Source of the DNA: an uncultured Poribacteria bacterium
GTDB taxonomy: Bacteria; Poribacteria; WGA-4E; WGA-3G
Length of the DNA: 64,000 nt
Assembly (NCBI GenBank): GCA_958296135.2
Contig: CATQHZ020000001.1
Coordinates: forward strand, 2,880,001-2,944,000
Reading direction: 5' to 3'
Both the position numbers and the translations under genes were made by a program. Below the pieces are notes generated by a model. That model searched no databases. It saw only the letters and a list, made by a program, of their open reading frames with translations, and was not told where the DNA came from. This document shows, piece by piece, positions 1 to 9,174 of the stretch. The stretch's first letter is position 1. Every line of letters starts with the position of its first letter.

Positions 1-1
1 G

Positions 2-2365
2 TTTCCCGACAACGGCGATGATGGGTTACGTCAAACAACGTCACAGCCCCAACAATCTTTGCAAACGATGCAAGAGCCACCGGCAGATATTGATGAGGCT
101 GAACTGCGCGAACTCATTGCCTCCCTGCGGAATTCCCCGTTTATGTGGCAACAGCGGGTAAAGGGCTATTTTGAGGAGAAGGGGTATGATGGCACAACGG
201 TGGATGTTGAGGAAGCAGATGGCAAGATAACGTTGACGATTCTCCCGGGTACCCGTTATGTCGTCACGCGTGTCACCTTTTCGGGCAACAGAGCCTTTTC
301 GTCGGGAGAACTGTTGCGCGAAATGAAGACAAAGCCGCAGCATTTCTTGGCGCGCCACTTTTGGAAACGTTTTTTTTCTTCTCGGACGCTGGATACGGAC
401 ACAGACCGGCTGGAAATTTTGTATCGGAACGCGGGCTACCCAGATGTCAAGATAGAGACGCGAGTTAAGAAGACAGAAGCATCGGGTGAAATCGAGGTTC
501 GCGTGCAGATTGTTGAATCCTCCCGAGAAGTGATTTATCGGTGTCAGTTTCGCGGGAACAGTGCGTTAGCGGATACGACGCTCCTGCAGGCCCTGCGAGC
601 GGTTGGGTTCTCTCCGCCTCAGCCGAACGCGCGCTTCATTCGGAACGACTATAGGAACGCGGTGTTGCATGCTTATCGGGAACGCGGGTATATGGATGCG
701 ACGGTGGCTGTCAGGTATGCGGCAAAAACGGCGGAGCCGGTTTTCCGGATTGAGGGTGCCGCTGCGGAGAGAATCATTGCGTCGTTGAACGCGGGCATTC
801 TCTCCGATGAACTCCATCGGTATTTTGAAAGTGCGACAGGCATGGCGTTATCAGCGGTGTTTATCGCTACACAAATTGATAACCTCTGGAGCCTTCAGGA
901 TAGAGAAGGCACTGCGCGCTACACACTGCAGCAAGAGGAAATAGGCCTCATGGTTTTTGAGCATCACTTGCTGACGATTGAGATTTCGGAGGGGCAGCCG
1001 ATACACTTTGGCACGTTCTCTTTTCTCGGCGACGCGGGCGTAAAAAAAGAGGTGTTAATGCGGGAGGTAAAACATCTGGTGGGAACGCTCTGGACACCCG
1101 CGAAATTGAGTCAAGCCGTGCGAAATTTGTATAACACCGGGATTTTCCGACGCATTGACGCACAACCGTTACCCTCACAGGACGCGCAATCTGAAAAAAA
1201 TAGCATCCGGAACGTAGGCATCGACAACGGCAATGACGGATTACGTAAAGAAGCCTTATCGCAACAACCCATGTCTCCGAACGCCTTGCGCCAATATGAA
1301 AAACGTGATATGGTTATTCGGGTGGAGAAGCAAAAACCGGGTAGTTATCGCGCTGCGCTCGGCTATAGCACGACAGATGGTTTCCGCACGACGCTCGCGC
1401 TGCGGCACCGTAACCTTTACGAGCGGAATATCGGCGTGTCGCTCCGCGGTAGAGCCGGGCTCCGGGCAGGCACCCTCGGCTATTTGCTGGAAAGCACCCT
1501 GACGAAACCTTGGCTGTTCGGGCGAAACCGCGGGACGCTGCAGGTGTCCGAGAGAAATCTGGAAGAAGATGATAACGTTCGCGCGCTCCAAAGTAGCGTG
1601 GTGCTCAGCCGGGAGCTCTCCACTGAACTGCTGCTGCGGTTCCAATACAATTACAGGTTTCTGCGGCAATCGACGCACGAACTGAGTGAACGAGCTCGCG
1701 AGGGCCAGCCCTTCGTGCTGCAAGCATTTGAAACCGCGCCGGATATCCGCACCACCGTCAGCAGCCTGCGCCTCTCTTGGACGTATGACAGCAGTCTCCC
1801 CTACCTCTCCCCGACATCCGGGATGCTCAACAAGGTGACGCTGGAATACGCCGGCGGGTTCCTGCGAGGCGAAACCAGTTTCATCAAGACGACGACAGAT
1901 TTCCGACTCTACCGGCAACTCTTTGAAGCCGGGCCGACGGTGGCAACGGCCCTGCGTCTCGGCGTTACCAACGGGTTGCGCGCGAATCGCGGCGCGGAAC
2001 TCATCTCGTTTGAACGATTCTGGGCCGGCGGTAGCACCACAGTGCGCGGGTATGCCGAACGCGGCCTCGGCCCGCTGGATAGCGCGGGCAACCACCGCGG
2101 CGATGTCCAGTTCATCTTCAATACCGAGCTGCGCTTCCCTATCTACAAGCCAATTCGCGGGGTGCTCTTCTTTGATACTGGCACAGTGTGGCGTTCGCTG
2201 GATACGTTCGTCTTTGCAATTGAGGAATTGCCGGCTGCTGTCGGCATAGGCATCCGGTTGCAGTGGGGTGCCTTCACGGGTGGCGTAGATTACGCCGTGC
2301 CGCTCCGCGATATCCCCGGTGCCGATGCCACACCGTTTTATTGGCGACTCGGCAGCACTTTTTAA
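2..2365 (+). CDS. BamA/TamA (Omp85) family outer-membrane protein, 5' truncated by the window edge
   Basis: Frame open from base 2; POTRA-like segments (LYRNAGYPDV, AYRERGYMDA, LYNTGIFRRI), barrel motif GGSTTVRGY, ELRFPIY..FFDTG, C-terminal LGSTF. Confidence 0.88.
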   Translation, partial: FPDNGDDGLRQTTSQPQQSLQTMQEPPADIDEAELRELIASLRNSPFMWQQRVKGYFEEKGYDGTTVDVEEADGKITLTILPGTRYVVTRVTFSGNRAFSSGELLREMKTKPQHFLARHFWKRFFSSRTLDTDTDRLEILYRNAGYPDVKIETRVKKTEASGEIEVRVQIVESSREVIYRCQFRGNSALADTTLLQALRAVGFSPPQPNARFIRNDYRNAVLHAYRERGYMDATVAVRYAAKTAEPVFRIEGAAAERIIASLNAGILSDELHRYFESATGMALSAVFIATQIDNLWSLQDREGTARYTLQQEEIGLMVFEHHLLTIEISEGQPIHFGTFSFLGDAGVKKEVLMREVKHLVGTLWTPAKLSQAVRNLYNTGIFRRIDAQPLPSQDAQSEKNSIRNVGIDNGNDGLRKEALSQQPMSPNALRQYEKRDMVIRVEKQKPGSYRAALGYSTTDGFRTTLALRHRNLYERNIGVSLRGRAGLRAGTLGYLLESTLTKPWLFGRNRGTLQVSERNLEEDDNVRALQSSVVLSRELSTELLLRFQYNYRFLRQSTHELSERAREGQPFVLQAFETAPDIRTTVSSLRLSWTYDSSLPYLSPTSGMLNKVTLEYAGGFLRGETSFIKTTTDFRLYRQLFEAGPTVATALRLGVTNGLRANRGAELISFERFWAGGSTTVRGYAERGLGPLDSAGNHRGDVQFIFNTELRFPIYKPIRGVLFFDTGTVWRSLDTFVFAIEELPAAVGIGIRLQWGAFTGGVDYAVPLRDIPGADATPFYWRLGSTF

Positions 2366-2467
2366 TCTCCCATTCAGGTTTTGCTCGGTGTCGGCATCGG
2401 CCGCGCCGCAAATGCGGCATCCCTGCGGATTTATGTCAAAGATGCCGATTCGCTTGTGTTCCAAGCC

Positions 2468-3907
2468 CTATAGGGTGATAAATTCGTGCTGCTGCTTGAA
2501 GAGGGCAGCATCAATCCCCGCGAGGCTCTGTGCCAGCACAAATTGTTTCTCAACTGTCGCTTTAAACGCTTGGAACTTTTCCTCAGAGATGACAGTCATG
2601 CCGTGGGCGTAGATGCTTCGATTCCGTGTATCAGGTAGACTCTTTAACGCATGCCAATTAAGGCCTTTGGCAATCTCATCGTCCAGCGCGTGTAGGACGA
2701 GAAATCCGTCTACCAATCCAATTGATGTTGGAAGAGCAAACACATTTGGATATCGGTAAACCTCCATCCGTTTCCTCTTATACCGGTCGAAAAGCGCGCC
2801 CTCGTCAAATGCCGAATAATCCGGATCGTCAGTCCAGATTCCGTATAGCGCAAGCCGGTGTTGCTCTACCCACTCCAGAAGACGATAGAGCAGCAGACAT
2901 GCCATATCCAGTTTTCTCTGTTCTTCCCGTCGGAGCGCGCTGTGATAGAGCATAAACGCGAAGTGAAATCCATCGGGAGCCTGAAGGGCAAGCCATTCGT
3001 TCTTGCTGAACGTCAGCAAGGTTTGCAGCACCCCCTCTTGTTTACGAAGGCGAGCCTCTGCTTGATACAGCTGCGCCAACCGGCTTAGCGTCGAAAATTG
3101 CTGGATGAGTTTCAACAACTGCTCCAAGCTGTTGCTCGCCTTGCCAAAATCGAGTGCATCCCACGCCTCGTATGTCTCGCAGAGGAATCCGTATGCCTCG
3201 CAAGTTGTGGCTGTGTTCGCATCGCCAACCTGTCCTCTGAGCCGGCGAAGAACACGTTGTGCGCCAGCGTAGTCGTGGGCGTTATAGAGATTTTTCGCTC
3301 TCTCAATCTCCAAATCACCGAACACTGTGTAAGGGTTATCCAAAAGGATTAAGTGCTCACTACCGGGTTCAGGCTTGTTACCTAACTCTGGGTAGATTTC
3401 GCTACAGCCAACATAATAGATATCGGCCCCAAGCACAGCACATGCCATTGTCAAGCCGCTAACCATGGGCTTTCTTCCGCCGGTGATGTCCGCCGCAAGA
3501 TGCTCGGGACGTCCCCAATCGTTGTAAAGCGTCATGATCTTCTCGTAGACCTCAACGATATGAGTCCCGTCAACTTCGCGCAGCTGAATCTGCTCGTGCG
3601 GCAGTTGCGTTTCCTCCTGAATTTGCGAAAGGAATTGCTCGCCTTCCTGCGTATAGAGGAGGCCGACACGTTTCGGTTTCATACCGAGTATTGAGAGAAT
3701 TAGCGGCTCGGGCGCGGAGCCTAACGTTAGGATGAGGCCATCATATACCTTTGGTGGCCGGTTCCCCGGGTCACTGAAGGTTGCTTTGATGAATGGAAAA
3801 ATATGCTTGTCGTAGAAAACGAGCGCGGTGTCTTCCTCGGCGCGGCTAGTTCGCGCCATGTTTTTCCATTCTTGAACGTGCGCATCAAATTCGGGTTTTG
3901 TCAACAT
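2468..3907 (-). CDS. CARF-HEPN protein, TIGR02710 (Cas02710)-like, stand-alone
   Basis: 479 aa; CARF motifs LILTLGSAPEPL and ADITGGRKPM; C-terminal HEPN-like RNRSIYAHG; RBS GAGAGGG upstream. Confidence 0.8.
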   Translation of the reverse strand: MLTKPEFDAHVQEWKNMARTSRAEEDTALVFYDKHIFPFIKATFSDPGNRPPKVYDGLILTLGSAPEPLILSILGMKPKRVGLLYTQEGEQFLSQIQEETQLPHEQIQLREVDGTHIVEVYEKIMTLYNDWGRPEHLAADITGGRKPMVSGLTMACAVLGADIYYVGCSEIYPELGNKPEPGSEHLILLDNPYTVFGDLEIERAKNLYNAHDYAGAQRVLRRLRGQVGDANTATTCEAYGFLCETYEAWDALDFGKASNSLEQLLKLIQQFSTLSRLAQLYQAEARLRKQEGVLQTLLTFSKNEWLALQAPDGFHFAFMLYHSALRREEQRKLDMACLLLYRLLEWVEQHRLALYGIWTDDPDYSAFDEGALFDRYKRKRMEVYRYPNVFALPTSIGLVDGFLVLHALDDEIAKGLNWHALKSLPDTRNRSIYAHGMTVISEEKFQAFKATVEKQFVLAQSLAGIDAALFKQQHEFITL

Positions 3908-4040
3908 TTTTATCCCTCTCTTGATTGCGATTGCATCATCATTCGAGAATATTCACACATCCGCGAGTCCGAGTGCCGCCTCGCGTCGGCGACTGCTCAC
4001 GAACTCACGCAATTGACTTCAGACTGTTCTGATTGTATCT

Positions 4041-4069
4041 AGTATATCACAATAAGCAAAAATTGGCAA
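4041..4069 (-). promoter_or_regulatory. sigma70-type promoter of the CARF gene
   Basis: TTGCCA-17 nt-TATACT with extended -10 TG on the minus strand. Confidence 0.6.
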
Positions 4070-4304
4070 ACAAAATTGTTCGCGAAATGTCGCTGATACG
4101 TTATTAACAAGTTTATTTCTCAAGACATCCAAATTTTGGGCACCCATTGTTAGGGCTGGCCCCAGCGCAAGCATCATTTTTCCTCCAAAAAGTTTTTCAC
4201 GGTGACATGATAACACAACCTTCGGTTGCATCGCAATAAAAACAAGAACGTTGACATCGACGTTGTTGATGGCTCCGTTTTCGATGCGATTTTTCCCTAA
4301 AACC

Positions 4305-5219
4305 TCACGGCTTTCCTAACGCGGCGGGTGCTTCAGCGCGGCCGACGAAACCTGCGAGTACCGCTAAGCAAAGCACATAAGGCAGCATCAACAGCAGTTG
4401 ATGCGGAATGCCCCAGCCTAACGCCTGAAAACGGACATCTAGCGCGCCGCCGAGTCCGAAAAGCAATGCCGCGCCGCACGCTTTCACCGGGTGCCATTTC
4501 CCGAAAATGACTATCGCTAATGCAATAAATCCGCGTCCCACCGTCATGTTCGGCGTGAAATAGGGGACATCCGCCAGCGAGAGGTAGCCGCCGCCGATGC
4601 CGGCCATCGCGCCTGCAAATAAGAGGCACCCCGTGCGCATCAGTGGGACGTTTGTGCCAGCCGCTGCCACTGCCTTCGGATGCTCACCGCACGCACGAAT
4701 GTGGAGCCCCGGGTGCGTGTGGTAGAGGAAAAAATAGACACACGGCATCAGTAGGAACGCGAGAAAGACTAAAATGTTGTGCGAGAAGAATGCCCGGCCA
4801 AAAAAGGATATCTGTGAGAGGAACGGGATTTCTAACGCCTCAAAGGCATGCACCCGTAGCGAGCTCCCAGTAATGCCGAAGAGGCGTTGGTAAAGCACCT
4901 CTGTTAAGCCTAAGGCGAGCAGCGTGATGGCAGTGCCGATAATCACCTGGTCTGCGCGCAAACGGATGGCGAAGAACGCGAAGAGCGCGGCGGTGCAGAC
5001 ACCGGCGAGCCCGGCAAGCAGTAGCCCACACCACGGCGCGAGGATGGGGACATGCGCCATGTAGAACGAACCCACCATGCCAAAGAACGCGCCCATCAGC
5101 ATCATGCCTTCAATGCCGATGTTGATGACACCGGCGCGTTGCGATACGACTTCGCCTAATGCGGCAAATAAAAGCGGTGTCGCGCCTCGAATCGTTGCAG
5201 AAAGTGTTTCTTCAAGCAT
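4305..5219 (-). CDS. ABC transporter permease (nucleoside/sugar CUT2-type)
   Basis: ATPLLFAALGE..GVINIGIEGMML, GRGFIALAIVIFGKW, APAALGKP. Confidence 0.9.
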   Translation of the reverse strand: MLEETLSATIRGATPLLFAALGEVVSQRAGVINIGIEGMMLMGAFFGMVGSFYMAHVPILAPWCGLLLAGLAGVCTAALFAFFAIRLRADQVIIGTAITLLALGLTEVLYQRLFGITGSSLRVHAFEALEIPFLSQISFFGRAFFSHNILVFLAFLLMPCVYFFLYHTHPGLHIRACGEHPKAVAAAGTNVPLMRTGCLLFAGAMAGIGGGYLSLADVPYFTPNMTVGRGFIALAIVIFGKWHPVKACGAALLFGLGGALDVRFQALGWGIPHQLLLMLPYVLCLAVLAGFVGRAEAPAALGKP

Positions 5220-5280
5220 TTTTGTGTTTCCTAGAGGCGCGCTTGCAACGCGCGCTACGGAGTTTGTGAAGAGTCGGTGC

Positions 5281-6324
5281 CTACGTTTTCGATAGAGATT
5301 CGTTGTGTCTCATGAATTTCATGGAACTATATCCGATAACAGACAACAAAATCGTCGCCTGCATGACAAGCGTCACTTTATCGGAGATGCCAACACCGCG
5401 TTGCATCGCGTACGAACCTGTCGTGAGCGCGCCGAACAGCAGTGCCGCCGCCATTGTCAACAACGGGTGCAGCTTCGCCAGCAACGCCACCGCAATCGCC
5501 GTGTAACCATAGCCGGGCGAGAAGTTGAGGAACAGCCGGCGCGTCAGTGCCATCAGTTCAATTGCGCCGCCGAGCCCTGCCAAGGCCCCGCTGATAAAAA
5601 AGACGCGGAGCATGTTTTGAACAATTGAAATTCCTGCTGCTTCTGCTGCCGCGGCTCCCTCGCCGACAGCGCGCAGCTGATATCCAAACGTCGTCCGAAA
5701 AAGGACGAACGTGAGGATAATCGCGAGGATAATCGCGATGACGATGCCGAGATGGATGCGGTGCGGCGGAAACAGGCGCGGTAGAAACACCCATTCCGCC
5801 AGCCGGTCGCTCTGCGGCCCGCGTTGCGATGCCTCTTGTAAAGGGCCGCCGTCTACCATGAGACTGACGAGGTAGATGGCGACATAGTTCAACATAATCG
5901 TGCTGATGACTTCGTTCACGCCGCGCGTTACTTTGAGGAGTGCGGGAATCAGTGCCCAGGTGCCGCCGGCCAGGGCCGCGAGGCAGAGACAGAGTGGCAC
6001 GGCTATCCACGGTGTCGCGGGTAAGAGTGCGGCGAGTTTCGTGCCGAACCATGTTGCTGCCAGTGCGCCCATCAAAAACTGTCCCTCCGCGCCGATATTC
6101 CATATCCCGCATCGGAAGGCGATAGCGACAGAGAGCCCCGCCATGAGAAACGGCGTGCTTTTGACAAGCGTCTCTCCTAATTTTCTGCCGTTGCCGAACG
6201 CGCCGCCGACGGCCGCCGTGTAAGCTTCTAACGGGTTATAGCCGCACACGAGGATGATGATGCCGTTCGTCACAAACGCGCTTATCAGAATCAGTGCCGG
6301 TATCCCAATAGTTCGTTTTAACAC
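5281..6324 (-). CDS. ABC transporter permease (nucleoside/sugar CUT2-type)
   Basis: NIGAEGQF, NEVISTIMLNY, GYGYTAIAVALL; GTG start with AAGGAG RBS. Confidence 0.9.
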   Translation of the reverse strand: MLKRTIGIPALILISAFVTNGIIILVCGYNPLEAYTAAVGGAFGNGRKLGETLVKSTPFLMAGLSVAIAFRCGIWNIGAEGQFLMGALAATWFGTKLAALLPATPWIAVPLCLCLAALAGGTWALIPALLKVTRGVNEVISTIMLNYVAIYLVSLMVDGGPLQEASQRGPQSDRLAEWVFLPRLFPPHRIHLGIVIAIILAIILTFVLFRTTFGYQLRAVGEGAAAAEAAGISIVQNMLRVFFISGALAGLGGAIELMALTRRLFLNFSPGYGYTAIAVALLAKLHPLLTMAAALLFGALTTGSYAMQRGVGISDKVTLVMQATILLSVIGYSSMKFMRHNESLSKT

Positions 6325-6342
6325 CAGGGTGCTCCTTTCTCA

Positions 6343-6620
6343 TCAGAATCAAGAGGTTTTGCAGGTGTTCCAGGGTTACGTTTGCTTTGACAAGGCGAGG
6401 GACAGGCCCTCGCACTACGGGCTGTTTCAGAATCAAGAGGTTTTGCAGGTGTTTCAGGATTATGTTTGCTTTGACAAGGCGAGGGACAGGCCCTCGCACT
6501 ACGGGCTGTTTCAGAATCAAGAGGTTTTACAGGTGTTTCAGGATGACGTTTGCTTTGACAAGGCGAGGGGAGCCCTCGGCGATTCGTGCTCGCCGGGTTT
6601 TCCCTCGCGCTACGGGCTGT
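6343..6620. repeat. Tandem repeat, 84-bp period x3, each unit carrying a REP palindrome
   Basis: TCAGAATCAAGAGGTTTT.. begins at 6343, 6427 and 6511; the third unit has the extended REP variant. Confidence 0.9.
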
Positions 6621-6633
6621 TGCGGTGCTTGTC

Positions 6634-8319
6634 TCAGCACACGGTGTTCTCGCCTGTCATCAGGAGTCCTAACGTCGTGATGTCGTTCCGGTGCGCTGTT
6701 GCTTCATGGAGTTTGCCTTTTGACATGACATAGAGCCTGTCGCTCAGTGTCAGGACTTCGTCCAATTCGGTTGAGATGAGCAGCATCGATTTGCCGCGGT
6801 CGCGCTGCGCTAGCAGGTTCTGATGCACATAGTTGGCGGCATTGATATCCAACCCGCGTGTCGGGTTCACGGCGATGAGCAGAGCGGGTTCCGGCGAAAT
6901 CTCTCTTGCGAGGACAACCTTCTGTTGATTGCCCCCAGAAAGCGCGCCCGCGGCTAACTGCGCATTGGGGGGACGAACATCGTAGGCATCTATCAACCGT
7001 GCCGCCGTCTCCTTTCGCTTTTTCCGTGGGTTTCTGTTGATGCAGGAGACAACGGCCTCTGTTGGTGAGATTGTTTTGGTGGCACCACGCCACCGCGCAA
7101 CATTAAGACGTGACGGCGTAAAAGATGTCTGCCGTAAAAAAGACATCATTTCCTGAAACCATACAAAAAATCCGTATTGCTTGAGGTGTAGCACACTCAA
7201 TTCCAAGTTCTCCGCCACTGAGAACGAAGGGATGAGCCCGAGCGTCTGTCTATCTTCTGGAATGTAGCCGACACCGAGCAGGCGCGTCGCCTTTGTGCCG
7301 CGGGGTGCTGTGCCGAGGATGTTGATGATGCTGGAGTCGCTGGTTTTACGCAGTCCCATGATGGCTTCGGCGAGTTCGCGTTGGCCGTTGCCATCAACGC
7401 CGGCTATCCCGACGATTTCACCGCGATGCGTTGTCAGTGAGACATCGGACACGGCCAATTCATCGCGACTGCCACGGACGCTTAGCCCAGAAACCTGAAG
7501 CACCTTTTCGGTTGCTGCCTTGCGTTCCTCTCTTACAACTTCTGCTACTTCTGCGCCGAGCATCTCTCTGGCGAGTTCGCGGGCGGTTAATTCACCTGTT
7601 TTTCCGAGGTAGACCTTTTTACCGCGCCTTAGTACGGTAATTCTATCGCTAATCTGCAGCACCTCGTTCATTTTATGGCTGATGAAGAGAATGGAGCGGT
7701 TATCCGCCTGCAAGTTGCGCAGAATTGTGAAGAAGCCGTCTACCTCCTGTGGACTCAGCACCGCTGTCGGTTCGTCAAGGATGAGGATGCGCGCATTTCC
7801 GGCGAGTGCCTTCAGGATTTCGACGCGCTGTTTTAACCCGACAGACAACGTTCGCACGAGAGCCTGTGCATCGATGGCGATGCCAAATTTCTCGGCGAGT
7901 GCCTCTGTCGTTTTCACCGCTTCCGATTTTTTGAATCGAAATCGGGACAATATCCCCTGCGTTCGTGGCGCGAGGGGCTGTCCCTCGCGAAGCCTCAGAT
8001 GAGAGAGGCTCAGGGCAATATTCTCCGCGACGGTGAGGTTCTCAATCAGCATGAAATGTTGATGCACCATGCCGATGCCGTTCGCGATTGCATTGCGGGG
8101 CGTTTTGAAAACCTGCGGTTTCCCCGCGACCTGGATGCTTCCCGCTGACGGCTGATAAAGTCCATAGATGAGGTGCATCAGGGTGGACTTGCCTGCGCCG
8201 TTTTCGCCGAGAATCGCGTGGATTTCGCCTGCTTTGAGGGCGAAATCCACGTTATCAACAGCAACAAGGCCTCCAAAGGATTTGGTGATGCCTTGGAGTG
8301 CTAGTATGTTTTCTGCCAT
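6634..8319 (-). CDS. ABC transporter ATP-binding protein (two NBDs, CUT2-type)
   Basis: GENGAGKST, ILDEPTAVL, GVDGNGQ, LSGGNQQK; start taken at MAENIL. Confidence 0.92.
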   Translation of the reverse strand: MAENILALQGITKSFGGLVAVDNVDFALKAGEIHAILGENGAGKSTLMHLIYGLYQPSAGSIQVAGKPQVFKTPRNAIANGIGMVHQHFMLIENLTVAENIALSLSHLRLREGQPLAPRTQGILSRFRFKKSEAVKTTEALAEKFGIAIDAQALVRTLSVGLKQRVEILKALAGNARILILDEPTAVLSPQEVDGFFTILRNLQADNRSILFISHKMNEVLQISDRITVLRRGKKVYLGKTGELTARELAREMLGAEVAEVVREERKAATEKVLQVSGLSVRGSRDELAVSDVSLTTHRGEIVGIAGVDGNGQRELAEAIMGLRKTSDSSIINILGTAPRGTKATRLLGVGYIPEDRQTLGLIPSFSVAENLELSVLHLKQYGFFVWFQEMMSFLRQTSFTPSRLNVARWRGATKTISPTEAVVSCINRNPRKKRKETAARLIDAYDVRPPNAQLAAGALSGGNQQKVVLAREISPEPALLIAVNPTRGLDINAANYVHQNLLAQRDRGKSMLLISTELDEVLTLSDRLYVMSKGKLHEATAHRNDITTLGLLMTGENTVC

Positions 8320-9155
8320 CGCGCCGCACGCGCCTCCGTTAATTCTCCATCGTAAGCGACAACGCGCAGCGAGATTTTCCACGTCTCACCTTTCGGCGTG
8401 GCGATGTTCTCCCTCCATGTCGGGTTATAGAGTGCCATGCCGTAGTCGCGAATGAACCAAGGGCCGCGGATGCCTTCATCAAGAATAGTCATGAGAACGC
8501 CGAAGTTACCGTGGCTGGGCAATCGGTTTTGGTAGGCGACGAAGTCGGAGTCATCTTCGTGGACGACATCGACGTTCCCGCGGCGGTTATTGTCGCCGAG
8601 GACAACGCCGCCCATGACAGGGAGGAGTCTCGGTTCGACGCGGATGCCGATGCTGCCGAATTTCGTCTGTGGGTAGGTGACGGCCCCGTAGGTTGCAATC
8701 TTTTCGCTTGTCATATCGCAGACTGTGGCATCCTGCAGGCACCAGAGGTTCACGGTTCGGATTTCGTCAATCAAAGGTTTTTCGTTTGCGTCGCGCCAGA
8801 TAACCTTCTGGACGAATGTCACGCCATCTGCGTGCGGTGCGATGTCCACCTCTTTGTCCGTGTCCATCCGTCCCATGTTGGCGAAGACTTTGTCGGTGAA
8901 GGAGCGTTGCGGCGGGGCGGCCCAAAAGCCTGCTTCTCGTTCGCCGACGTGGATTGGGCCTTGCCCGACGAAAACACCGTTGTGAAACGGATGATCGAAG
9001 GCGAATTCCTGCACGACGGTGTGTCCCGCGGGGGTGTAGAGCGGAAAGACGAAGGGCCGATAAAAGTTAGCACCTACGCCGCCGAGGCAGCGGCCGCTCT
9101 CTTTTTCCACGACGAGGTGGGTTTTGGCGTTGATTTTGACTTCAAAGGTGTTCAT
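8301..9155 (-). CDS. DUF6807/PmoA-like family protein
   Basis: RPFVFPLYTPAG..DHPFHNG motif; overlaps the ATPase start by 19 nt. Confidence 0.65.
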   Translation of the reverse strand: MNTFEVKINAKTHLVVEKESGRCLGGVGANFYRPFVFPLYTPAGHTVVQEFAFDHPFHNGVFVGQGPIHVGEREAGFWAAPPQRSFTDKVFANMGRMDTDKEVDIAPHADGVTFVQKVIWRDANEKPLIDEIRTVNLWCLQDATVCDMTSEKIATYGAVTYPQTKFGSIGIRVEPRLLPVMGGVVLGDNNRRGNVDVVHEDDSDFVAYQNRLPSHGNFGVLMTILDEGIRGPWFIRDYGMALYNPTWRENIATPKGETWKISLRVVAYDGELTEARAARWQKTY

Positions 9156-9174
9156 TGACGTTCCTTTCAGACGC

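Noticed and set aside
1256-2464. 402-aa antisense ORF and other long shadow ORFs (8511-9158, 18273-19076, 30823-31626, 54301-55077)
   Set aside because: They lie opposite well-supported genes, have no recognisable motifs and are expected in GC-rich coding DNA
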